Of a stretch of DNA of 62,276 nt, positions 9,664 through 18,154 are shown piece after piece. Made by a program: the position numbers and the translations under genes. Every line of letters begins with the position of its first letter. Position 1 is the first letter of the stretch. This stretch comes from Pelagibacteraceae bacterium AG-426-P20 (lineage in GTDB: Bacteria; Pseudomonadota; Alphaproteobacteria; Pelagibacterales; Pelagibacteraceae): positions 1 through 62,276 of the forward strand of contig QCNX01000001.1 in the NCBI GenBank assembly GCA_003210015.1, in the 5' to 3' direction. A model generated the notes under the pieces. It did no database searches and was not told the origin of the DNA. It worked only from the letters and a program-made list of their open reading frames with translations.

Positions 9664-9701
9664 CAGTTACTTTTTGATCTTAAAATTCTTAAAGGGGGAA
9701 T

Positions 9702-11171
9702 ATGACGGATTTAGAAAAACATGTAAAAAAACCTGGTAGAGACAAATTAGTTAAACAAGTTAGAGCAAAAATTAACGAACTTGGAATTGAGTATATTTTT
9801 TTTCAATTTATATCTGTTACAGGAAGAGTTGTTGGTAAAGGTATTCCTTCAGATCATTGGGAAAGAACATGTGAAAAAGGATTTCAATTAGTTTATGGAG
9901 CAACTGCAAACTTATTTTTAGATAGACACAATAATTACATTGGTTATGGACCTGAAGCTAAAGAACTTGTGGGTATTCCTGATCCAGAAACTTTTTGTCA
10001 ATTACCTTGGGATAAAAAAGTTGCAAGAGTTTTTGTAACTTGCTTTAGAAATAGAGAAGAGAGAGAAAATCCAGGTGGTCATTTAACTTCTGACTGTAGA
10101 GGAAACTTAAGAATAATTGCTGAAGAATTTAAGAAAAAACACGGTTATCAACTTAGAGTTGGAACAGAGCCTGAAATGATGTGGTTAACTAGAAATGAGG
10201 ATGGAACTCCAACTGGTAAAGGGTTTTCTAAACCATACTGTTATCATATTGATCAATTTGAATCTTTGAGACCTGTATTTATGAAAGTTATGGAATACGC
10301 AAGAGCTATGGGATTTGATATGATTCAAGGTGACCATGAAGATGCACCAGGACAACTAGAATTAAATTGGATGTTTGATGATGTATTAAGAAATGCTGAC
10401 AGATTATCTACTTACAGACAGATATGTGCACAAGTTGCTAGAGAGTTTAACTTAATAGCATGTTTTATGACAAAACCATTTATGGGTGTTTCAGCAAGTG
10501 GTTGTCATACTAATATGTCGTTATGGTCTGGTGGAAAAGATGTAGTGAATAAATTAGGACATAAATCTATTCCTGCAATGGATGAAGTTTTTAGTTATGT
10601 GGAAGGCGGAACAAATACTTTCATGCCAGATACAAAAGATGTTCAATTACCTGGTAAAGTAGGATTAAAATCAATTGGTGGAATAATGAAACATCTTCCT
10701 GCATTAACTGCAATTGGATCTTCTACCGTTAATTCTTACAGAAGATTATGGGATCAAGGATTTTGGGCGCCAGTCTATGCTGATTGGGGTTATCAAAATA
10801 GAACTTGTGGATTAAGAGTTTCAGCTCCAGGAAGATTTGAATATAGATCAGTTGACTCTATGCATAATCCTTATTTGATGGGCGCAGCATTATTTAAAGC
10901 TATGGATGATGGTTTAACAAATAATATTGATCCGGGTAAGCCTGAGTCGAGAAATATTTATGAAGCTCAAAAAGCTGGTAAAGATGTAAAAAAATTACCT
11001 TTAAGTCTTGGTCAAGCATTAGATAGATTGTCTGAGGATAAAGTTATTCAATCTGCGATGCCAGATGAAATGTATAAAATATTTCATTGGTATAAAAATG
11101 ATGAATGGGAGAGATTTTTAGGTGCAACAACTCAATGGGATCTAGATACTTATTTAGATTGCTTACCATAG
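9702..11171 (+). CDS. Glutamine synthetase-family gamma-glutamylamide ligase (GmaS/GlnT-like paralog)
   Basis: GTEPEM, DHEDAPGQLELN, KPFMGVSASGCHTN, QNRTCGLR, RFEYRSVD..NPYL; SD GGGGG. Confidence 0.8.
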   Translation: MTDLEKHVKKPGRDKLVKQVRAKINELGIEYIFFQFISVTGRVVGKGIPSDHWERTCEKGFQLVYGATANLFLDRHNNYIGYGPEAKELVGIPDPETFCQLPWDKKVARVFVTCFRNREERENPGGHLTSDCRGNLRIIAEEFKKKHGYQLRVGTEPEMMWLTRNEDGTPTGKGFSKPYCYHIDQFESLRPVFMKVMEYARAMGFDMIQGDHEDAPGQLELNWMFDDVLRNADRLSTYRQICAQVAREFNLIACFMTKPFMGVSASGCHTNMSLWSGGKDVVNKLGHKSIPAMDEVFSYVEGGTNTFMPDTKDVQLPGKVGLKSIGGIMKHLPALTAIGSSTVNSYRRLWDQGFWAPVYADWGYQNRTCGLRVSAPGRFEYRSVDSMHNPYLMGAALFKAMDDGLTNNIDPGKPESRNIYEAQKAGKDVKKLPLSLGQALDRLSEDKVIQSAMPDEMYKIFHWYKNDEWERFLGATTQWDLDTYLDCLP

Positions 11172-11201
11172 GTCTTAAAATATTATTGAAAGGGTAAATT
11201 T

Positions 11202-12146
11202 ATGTGTGGAATTGCTGGTTTAATTCATAGAGGTAAATCTTCAAATGTTGGAAGTGAGCTACAGGGTATGCTTCAAGCACTAAAACATAGAGGTGAAGAC
11301 TCAACAGGTTATGCTTTATATGGAGATACTGATGGAAAAAATTTTGTCATGCGTTTTAAAGTTGGAGAAAATGTTGGTGAGGGAAGTTCATCAGTTATGG
11401 AAGATGTTTCAGTTTATGATGAGAGAAAAAAAATTGTAGATGAATACCTTTCAGAGATGGGAGCAAAAATTGTTAAAGAGGAAAGAACTCTTCCTTACTC
11501 ATTAAGATATGAAATTGATTATGATGCAAAAGACTTGTTGGAATTTTCTCAAAAAATAGAAAGTATTCCAGGTGTTGAAATTCTTTCAATGGGAAAATCA
11601 TTAGAAGTAATCAAAGATTTAGGTAATGCGAAAATGGTTTGTGATAGATACAGTTTAGATAAAGTTGTTGGTACACATGCTATCGGTCATGCTAGAATGG
11701 CAACAGAGTCAGGGGTTGATATTAAATCTGCCCATCCTTTTTGGGGCTACCCATTCAGTGATGTATCTGTTGTCCATAATGGACAACTTACAAATTACTG
11801 GAACAATAGAAGAGCTTTGGAAAATAAAGGCATGAGATTTATGTCAGAGTGTGACTCAGAATTAATAGCCGTTTATATAGCGCAAAAAATGAGAGAAGGA
11901 GCTAGTCTTGAAGAGGGAATGAAAGACTCTTTGTTAGGTCTTGATGGGGTATTTACATATTTTGTTGCAACTAAGGACTCTTTAGGAATGGCAAAAGATA
12001 CAATGGCTGCCAAACCATTGGTTCTTTATGAGTCAGATGAATTGGTGGCAATGGGTTCAGAAGAAATAGCAATTAGATCAGTTCTACCACAAGAAATTGA
12101 TACATATGATCCATTTGATGGGGAGGTAAAAGTATGGCGAATATAA
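11202..12146 (+). CDS. mgsA: N-methylglutamate synthase subunit A (class II glutamine amidotransferase, GlxB)
   Basis: N-terminal MCGIAG, HRGEDSTG, GHARMATES, AHPF, HNGQLTN. Confidence 0.85.
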   Translation: MCGIAGLIHRGKSSNVGSELQGMLQALKHRGEDSTGYALYGDTDGKNFVMRFKVGENVGEGSSSVMEDVSVYDERKKIVDEYLSEMGAKIVKEERTLPYSLRYEIDYDAKDLLEFSQKIESIPGVEILSMGKSLEVIKDLGNAKMVCDRYSLDKVVGTHAIGHARMATESGVDIKSAHPFWGYPFSDVSVVHNGQLTNYWNNRRALENKGMRFMSECDSELIAVYIAQKMREGASLEEGMKDSLLGLDGVFTYFVATKDSLGMAKDTMAAKPLVLYESDELVAMGSEEIAIRSVLPQEIDTYDPFDGEVKVWRI

Positions 12147-12988
12147 AAACTATTGAAAAAAAATCAAAAGCTCAGTCAATGGGAATGCACACTGAAGTTT
12201 TAACGGGTAGAACTCAACAAAAATTTTTTAATCCTGATGAAGCTGAAAATTTTTATTACTTCGGTACATATGATGTGGATTTTAATAAAAGAACAGATCT
12301 TGATGTAAAAGATATGACAGCACCAGAAGCAAATAAGGAAATTGATAAATTAATGAGTGAAGGTTATGGAACAATTGTAATCAAAAACCCTCAAGGTAAA
12401 CATAGTTTAGGCGTTGGTATTCTTAATAAACTAAACTTAATTTTCGAAGGTAGCTTGGGTTATTTTGGTATGGGCTCATGTGATGGACCTACAGTTAGAA
12501 TCAACGGTAGAGTTGGTTGGTCTTGTGCAGAAAATTTGATGGCAGGTAAAGTGGTTATTGAGAAAAATGCTGGATCTTGTTTTGGAGCAGCTATTAGAGG
12601 TGGAGATTTGATATGTAAAGGAAGTGTTGGTGCTAGAACTGGTATCGATATGAAAGGTGGAACTATAATAATTGGCGGTGATGCTGGAGCTTTTACAGGT
12701 TTTATGATGCAAAGAGGACGAATTATCATCTTGGGAGATGTTGGAATAAACCTAGGCGACTCTATGTATGATGGGACAATTTTCGTAGGTGGAAAAATTG
12801 GTTCTTATGGTAGTGATGCCGTTGACTCTGAACTTACCAAAAGTGATCAAGATTGGTTAAAAAGAAAATTGAAAGTTGCAGAGATTGGTGAAAATTTTAA
12901 TGTAAGTAAAATGAAAAAAATTGTAGCAGGTAAAAAACTTTGGAATTACGATAACTTAGAACCTACTGAGAAAAAAGGAGCGATCTAA
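12134..12988 (+). CDS. mgsB: N-methylglutamate synthase subunit B (GXGXG beta-helix, GlxC)
   Basis: Repeated GXGXG-type units, ENLMAG, GIDMKGG, GDSMYDG, C-terminal KLWNYD. Confidence 0.85.
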   Translation: MANIKTIEKKSKAQSMGMHTEVLTGRTQQKFFNPDEAENFYYFGTYDVDFNKRTDLDVKDMTAPEANKEIDKLMSEGYGTIVIKNPQGKHSLGVGILNKLNLIFEGSLGYFGMGSCDGPTVRINGRVGWSCAENLMAGKVVIEKNAGSCFGAAIRGGDLICKGSVGARTGIDMKGGTIIIGGDAGAFTGFMMQRGRIIILGDVGINLGDSMYDGTIFVGGKIGSYGSDAVDSELTKSDQDWLKRKLKVAEIGENFNVSKMKKIVAGKKLWNYDNLEPTEKKGAI

Positions 12989-14397
12989 TGGCAAAAAGAA
13001 AAGTAAAAAAGAAATCAAATGGTAAAGGTGTGGGCGGAAAAGCTGATGTTCATGCACATGAAGAAGGTAAAAGAAATAAAAGCCTACTTGGACATAATGC
13101 TATTTTTACCCCTGAGGTAATAGACGATATTCATATAAAGTCTCAGTTAGGAAGATACAGAATGCGTGGAATGGCGCTAATGAAAAAAATTCCTACATTT
13201 GACGACTTGGTATTTTTACCAGGAACATTAACAAGATTTGTAATTGAAGGTTACAGGGAAAAATGTGAAACAAAAACTGTTATTGGGCCAAGATGTGAAA
13301 ATCCAATTGAGTTAGATATTCCTGTTTACATTACGGGGATGAGTTTTGGAGCACTTTCTTATGAGGCAAAAACAGCTTTAGCTAGAGGAGCTACAATGGC
13401 TGGAAGTGCAACATGTTCAGGAGAGGGTGGAATGATACCAGATGAAAGAAGATACTCTGAAAAATGGTATTACCAATGTATTCAATCAAGATATGGTTTC
13501 AATCCTCATCATGCGCAATTAGCTGATGGAATAGAAGTTTTTATTGGCCAAGGACAAAAAGTTGGTATGGGAGGTCACTTAATGGGCCAAAAAGTAACTG
13601 ACCAAGTTGCTGAAATGAGATCACTACCATCAGGTATTGACCAAAGATCACCTGCGAGACACCCAGACTGGTTAGGTCCAGATGATTTAGCTCTCAAAGT
13701 TGAAGAGTTACGACAATTAACTAAAAATAAAGTGCCAATTCAATTAAAGCTTGGTGCATCAAAAGTTTATGATGATGTCCGTATGGCTGCAAAATGTGAT
13801 CCTGACTCTATATATTTAGATGGTATGGAAGGATCTACTGGAGCTGGTCCGCACATCGCAGCTGCAAACACAGGAATTCCAGGAATTGCTGCTATCAGAG
13901 AAGCTAGAAGAGCCATTGATGATGTTGGTAAAACTGGAAAAGTAACTTTAATTTATGCTGGAGGAGTTAGAGATGGTGCTGATATGGCAAAAGCTTTAGC
14001 GTTAGGTGCTGACGCAATTGCAATTGGTACTGGATCTATGATTGCGTTAAATTGTAATAAAGATATTCCAGAAGCAAACTTTGAAAAAGAAATGGGTGTA
14101 AAAGCTGGTGAATGTTATCACTGCCATACTGGAAGATGTCCAGTAGGTGTTGCTACTCAAGATCCAAAATTGAGAGCAAGATTAAACCCAGATGATGCAG
14201 CTCTTAGAGTTTATAATTATTTACATTCTATGACATTAGAAGCACAACTTTTAGCAAGAGCGTGTGGAAAAACAAATATCCACTCATTAGAGCCTGAAGA
14301 TTTAGCTGCACTAACATCTGAAGCCTCAGCTTTAGCAAAAGTTCCATTAGCTGGAACTAATTATACAGTTGGAGTTGATAACTATCACAAAATATAA
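12988..14397 (+). CDS. mgsC: N-methylglutamate synthase subunit C (FMN/Fe-S glutamate synthase family, GlxD)
   Basis: GMSFGALS, SGEGG, GQGQKVGMGGHL, RHPDWLGPDDL, CYHCHTGRCPVGVATQ. Confidence 0.88.
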   Translation: MAKRKVKKKSNGKGVGGKADVHAHEEGKRNKSLLGHNAIFTPEVIDDIHIKSQLGRYRMRGMALMKKIPTFDDLVFLPGTLTRFVIEGYREKCETKTVIGPRCENPIELDIPVYITGMSFGALSYEAKTALARGATMAGSATCSGEGGMIPDERRYSEKWYYQCIQSRYGFNPHHAQLADGIEVFIGQGQKVGMGGHLMGQKVTDQVAEMRSLPSGIDQRSPARHPDWLGPDDLALKVEELRQLTKNKVPIQLKLGASKVYDDVRMAAKCDPDSIYLDGMEGSTGAGPHIAAANTGIPGIAAIREARRAIDDVGKTGKVTLIYAGGVRDGADMAKALALGADAIAIGTGSMIALNCNKDIPEANFEKEMGVKAGECYHCHTGRCPVGVATQDPKLRARLNPDDAALRVYNYLHSMTLEAQLLARACGKTNIHSLEPEDLAALTSEASALAKVPLAGTNYTVGVDNYHKI

Positions 14398-14408
14398 GGA
14401 TAATAACT

Positions 14409-14825
14409 ATGGCGAAAAAAAAGGTTAAAAAAGTAGTTAAAGCAAAAGTTAAAGAGGTCAAAGGCCAATTAGGTAAAAAAGCAGAAACAGCTAGAGAAAA
14501 AATGATCGGTCAATCAATTGGTTACCGATATGATGTTAATCTTTTACCTGACTACAGTAAACTAACACCCTTTCTTAAAAAATACATAGAAGCAATGGGG
14601 TGGGATGATTTGAATTGGTTAGAAGATGTTCATATGGGATATGAAGAAGATAGGCCGGCAGTATTTTGCAGAAATGCTAACGGCTGGGTTACAATCCCGA
14701 AATCTATAAAGCTACCAAATAACCAGCAAGATAGAGATATGATAGCAAGAGAGCTTTTGGTTAAGTTCCAAATGTCACCTAAACATCCTCTTGTTGATTT
14801 GAAAAAAGCTTACCTAAAATTTTAA
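14409..14825 (+). CDS. Hypothetical protein in the mgs operon
   Basis: 138-aa ORF with SD AAGGA, 11 nt after mgsC; Lys-rich N-terminus. Confidence 0.75.
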   Translation: MAKKKVKKVVKAKVKEVKGQLGKKAETAREKMIGQSIGYRYDVNLLPDYSKLTPFLKKYIEAMGWDDLNWLEDVHMGYEEDRPAVFCRNANGWVTIPKSIKLPNNQQDRDMIARELLVKFQMSPKHPLVDLKKAYLKF

Positions 14826-14851
14826 TTTCACAATCTAAAGTTGATTTTTTT

Positions 14852-14884
14852 TTAAAAACCTACTGTCTTAGTTGGGTTTTTTAA
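14852..14884 (+). terminator. Probable intrinsic terminator after the mgs operon
   Basis: AAAAACCTACT-GTCTT-AGTTGGGTTTTTT hairpin with T-run. Confidence 0.55.
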
Positions 14885-14953
14885 GCTTCTTTTGTTTGTC
14901 ACTCCTCTTAAAATTTAATAGGATTTTGAAAACTAAATAAGGAGAAAGAGAAT

Positions 14954-16354
14954 ATGACTGATCAGTTAGGTGCTCTTACAACCATATTTACAGAATTTTA
15001 CTACTGGGTAACAGTAGTACTAATGTTTTTAATTCACGTTGGTTTCTGTATGTATGAAGTTGGAGCTTCTCGATACAAACACCATCAACATACTCTTATG
15101 AAAAATACTATGCTGATACCATTGGTAACAGTAACTTGGTTTTTCTTTGGTTGGTGGATTTACTGGGCATTCCCAACAGGACCGGGAATAGCGCCTTCAA
15201 TAATGAATGAAAGCACTGCTTTAATTACCGATGAAAGTACTTTTAGTGCTAGATGGTACGTTGCAGCAAGTGAATACATGGCAATTAATTTAGGAGATCA
15301 CATTTCTGGTGTATTCTGGGCTGCATTCTTACTGTTCTCATGGACAGCTGCTTCTATTGTTTCAGGAGCAATCATTGAAAGAATTACAACTTTTGCATTT
15401 GGAATTTTAGCAATAGCAATTGGATCTGTATTTTGGACAATTGACGCTGCTTGGGGATGGCACTTTGATGGATGGATGCTTAAAATTTTAGGATATCATG
15501 ATGCTTATGCATCAGGAGTAATTCACGCAATTGCAGGTGGATTTGCTTTAGGTGTTCTATGCGTTTTAGGACCAAGAATTGGTAAATTTTCATCAAGTGG
15601 TGAACCAAGAAATATAGGACCAAGAAATCCTTGGCTAGTAACAGTTGGATTATTTTTAATTTATACTGGTTTCTGGGGATTTTATGCAGCATGTAATATA
15701 CCAATCTTTGACCTTGGACCCGAATATGGGATGGAAGGTGTAACTTATTGGACAGCTACAAACATATACGTAACCCCTACTACACTTAGTGGTATTACTT
15801 TTAACTTCTTGATGTCATTATCAGGTGGATTATTAGCCGGTTATTGGATTGCTAAAGGTGATCCTTTCTGGACATACTCAAGTGGACTAGCAGGTGTTAT
15901 CTGTGCTTCAGCTGGAAATGATTTATATCATCCAATTCAAGCAATGATCATTGGTATGATCGGTGTTGTAATTGCATACAAACTACATTACTGGGTTGAG
16001 CGTAAGTTCAAAATTGATGATGCAGTTGGTGCAGTAGCAGTTCATGGTTATGCTGGCTTTGTTGGTCTAGTAATTTGTGGTTTTGTCTTAAATGGATATC
16101 CATCATCTGGTTACAGTGTTGGTGCTATGTGGGATGGAACAACTTATGCATCAATCAATCCATTGGGGCAATTCTTAGGAGCAATAATAATGTTTGGTGT
16201 TCTTGGAATGCTACCAGGTTATGTCATAGCTAAAGTACTTCATGGAATGGGTAAATTAAGAATCCCGCGTGAAGTAGAAATAGCTGGACTTGACTATGAA
16301 ATGATGGAGTCTGCTAAGAGTGATGAAAAAGCAGTTTCATCCGCAACCAGGTAA
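14954..16354 (+). CDS. amt: Amt-family (methyl)ammonium transporter, divergent
   Basis: About 11 hydrophobic segments, SGAIIER, twin His (VIHAIAG, DDAVGAVAVHG), LGPRIGKF; SD AAGGAG. Confidence 0.9.
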   Translation: MTDQLGALTTIFTEFYYWVTVVLMFLIHVGFCMYEVGASRYKHHQHTLMKNTMLIPLVTVTWFFFGWWIYWAFPTGPGIAPSIMNESTALITDESTFSARWYVAASEYMAINLGDHISGVFWAAFLLFSWTAASIVSGAIIERITTFAFGILAIAIGSVFWTIDAAWGWHFDGWMLKILGYHDAYASGVIHAIAGGFALGVLCVLGPRIGKFSSSGEPRNIGPRNPWLVTVGLFLIYTGFWGFYAACNIPIFDLGPEYGMEGVTYWTATNIYVTPTTLSGITFNFLMSLSGGLLAGYWIAKGDPFWTYSSGLAGVICASAGNDLYHPIQAMIIGMIGVVIAYKLHYWVERKFKIDDAVGAVAVHGYAGFVGLVICGFVLNGYPSSGYSVGAMWDGTTYASINPLGQFLGAIIMFGVLGMLPGYVIAKVLHGMGKLRIPREVEIAGLDYEMMESAKSDEKAVSSATR

Positions 16355-16366
16355 AGGAGATAAAAT

Positions 16367-16591
16367 ATGGCTACAGTTACAAACTGGATCGATCACCTAA
16401 GTGCTGAAGAAGTTGTAGGTGCTGTTTACCCTGGTGCTGGTGGTTCAGAAATGACACTAGTTATCATTGGTATCGTTTTATGGTTAGGCTGGCATGTTTT
16501 GACTGCAAGATCTGAAAGTGAAGAACTTTCAAGACTAGCAAGAAAAAGACATGGAGCTAATGATCATAAAAGCAATATTACCGATTGGTAA
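16367..16591 (+). CDS. Small single-pass membrane protein co-transcribed with amt
   Basis: SD AAAGGAG; TM segment LVIIGIVLWLGWHVL; terminator follows. Confidence 0.8.
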   Translation: MATVTNWIDHLSAEEVVGAVYPGAGGSEMTLVIIGIVLWLGWHVLTARSESEELSRLARKRHGANDHKSNITDW

Positions 16592-16606
16592 TTTAAAATG
16601 AAATTT

Positions 16607-16636
16607 GGGCGCTACTTAATTGTGGCGCCCTTTTTT
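16607..16636 (+). terminator. Rho-independent terminator
   Basis: GGGCGCTAC-TTAATT-GTGGCGCCC followed by TTTTTT. Confidence 0.85.
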
Positions 16637-16652
16637 AATCTTCAATCATAAA

Positions 16653-16808
16653 ATGTCAGAAGAAAATAATAACGAAGAATTAAGACCGACCAAAATGCGA
16701 GGGGTTGCGTTCCCTAAAGCAAAATACGGGGTAATATTGGCAGTAATTATAATTATTGTTGTTAATATTATATACTACAAGGAAACAATTTTTTCTTTTT
16801 TTAAATAA
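16653..16808 (+). CDS. Small hypothetical membrane protein (51 aa)
   Basis: The ATG at 16653 lies past the terminator, whereas the track start at 16620 lies inside it; one TM segment GVILAVIIIIVVNIIYY. Confidence 0.55.
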   Translation: MSEENNNEELRPTKMRGVAFPKAKYGVILAVIIIIVVNIIYYKETIFSFFK

Positions 16809-16825
16809 CTATGTTAATTTAATTT

Positions 16826-18151
16826 ATGCCAAAAAACTTATTCAAAATTGCTAAAGAAAAAAAAATAAAGTACTTTTTGATTAGTTTTATAGACTTGTTT
16901 GGGGTATTAAGATCAAAGTTAGTTCCTGCAAGAGCTATTCAAGAAATGCAAGAAGCTGGTGCTGGCTTTGCAGGCTTTGCGGCATGGTTAGACATGTCTC
17001 CTGCTGACTCTGATATGTTTGGTATTCCAGATCCCGATAGTCTTATTCAATTACCATGGAATAAAGAGGTGGGTTGGTTAGCCTCAGATCTTTGGATGAA
17101 TGGAAAACCTGTAGAAGCGTCACCAAGAATAATGCTCAAAAACCAAATTAAAAAACTTAAAAAAAAAGGTCTTACAATGAAGTCTGGAGTAGAATGTGAG
17201 TATTTTTTAATTTCACCAGATGGTAATTCAATAGCAGATCCAAGAGACACTCAATCAAAGCCTTGTTATGATCAGTCAGCTCTAATGAGAAGATATGATC
17301 TAATTAAAGAAATTTGTGACTGTATGATTGAAATGGGATGGGGTCCTTATCAAAATGACCATGAAGATGCTAATGGTCAATTTGAAATGAATTGGGATTA
17401 TGATGATTGTTTAATTACTGCAGATAGACATACATTCTTCAAATTTATGGTCAAAACGATTGCAGAAAAACATGGTTTAAGAGCAACTTTCATGCCTAAA
17501 CCATTTGAGAATTTAACAGGCAATGGATGTCATGCACATATTTCTGTTTGGGATGGTAAAAAAAATAAATTTTTAGATAAATCAAACAATTTAGGCTTAA
17601 GTAAAATGGCTTATAACTTTTTAGGTGGTGTAATTAAAAATGCTTCATCACTATCAGCCTTTTTTAACCCAACGATAAATAGTTACAGAAGAATTAATGC
17701 TCCTCCAACTAAGTCAGGTGCATCATGGTCGCCTAGTAGCATTTCTTACACTGGTAATAATAGAACTCATATGGTTAGAATTCCTGATCCAGGTAGATTT
17801 GAATTAAGATTAATGGATGGCTCTGCTAATCCTTATTTGTTGCAAGCAAGTGTATTGGCCGCTGGATTAGACGGTTTAGAAAATAAGATAGATCCAGGAA
17901 AACCATTAGATTGCAATATGTATGAAGATTATAAAAAGTACCCTAACCTTCCAAAACTCCCCGATGAACTAGATCAGTCTCTTGAAAAGCTAAATAATAA
18001 TAAAGATATGATCGAAGCGTTTGGTAAAGAAACAATTAATAGCTATATCAAACTAAGAAATTCAGAAATTAAAGAATTTAAACAAAAAGAAAATTTTGAC
18101 AAAACCAAACCTATTACTAGGTGGGAACGAGATAATACGTTAGACTGTTAG
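16826..18151 (+). CDS. gmaS: Gamma-glutamylmethylamide synthetase (type III glutamate--ammonia ligase, GlnT)
   Basis: KYFLISFIDLFG, GAGFAGFAAWLDM, GVECEYF, KPCYDQSALMR, YQNDHEDANGQFEMN, C-terminal TLDC. Confidence 0.92.
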   Translation: MPKNLFKIAKEKKIKYFLISFIDLFGVLRSKLVPARAIQEMQEAGAGFAGFAAWLDMSPADSDMFGIPDPDSLIQLPWNKEVGWLASDLWMNGKPVEASPRIMLKNQIKKLKKKGLTMKSGVECEYFLISPDGNSIADPRDTQSKPCYDQSALMRRYDLIKEICDCMIEMGWGPYQNDHEDANGQFEMNWDYDDCLITADRHTFFKFMVKTIAEKHGLRATFMPKPFENLTGNGCHAHISVWDGKKNKFLDKSNNLGLSKMAYNFLGGVIKNASSLSAFFNPTINSYRRINAPPTKSGASWSPSSISYTGNNRTHMVRIPDPGRFELRLMDGSANPYLLQASVLAAGLDGLENKIDPGKPLDCNMYEDYKKYPNLPKLPDELDQSLEKLNNNKDMIEAFGKETINSYIKLRNSEIKEFKQKENFDKTKPITRWERDNTLDC

Positions 18152-18154
18152 AAT

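Noticed and set aside
16620-16652. Track-predicted N-terminal extension MWRPFLIFNHK
   Set aside because: Overlaps the terminator stem; the ATG at 16653 is more plausible. Similar over-extended starts were trimmed at 28474, 35730, 41979, 50075 and 58539.
9702-18151. Housekeeping glnA and gltB (GS-GOGAT)
   Set aside because: Split three-gene glxBCD/mgs architecture and GlnT/GmaS motifs; no GSI-type adenylylation region or glnB neighbour recognised
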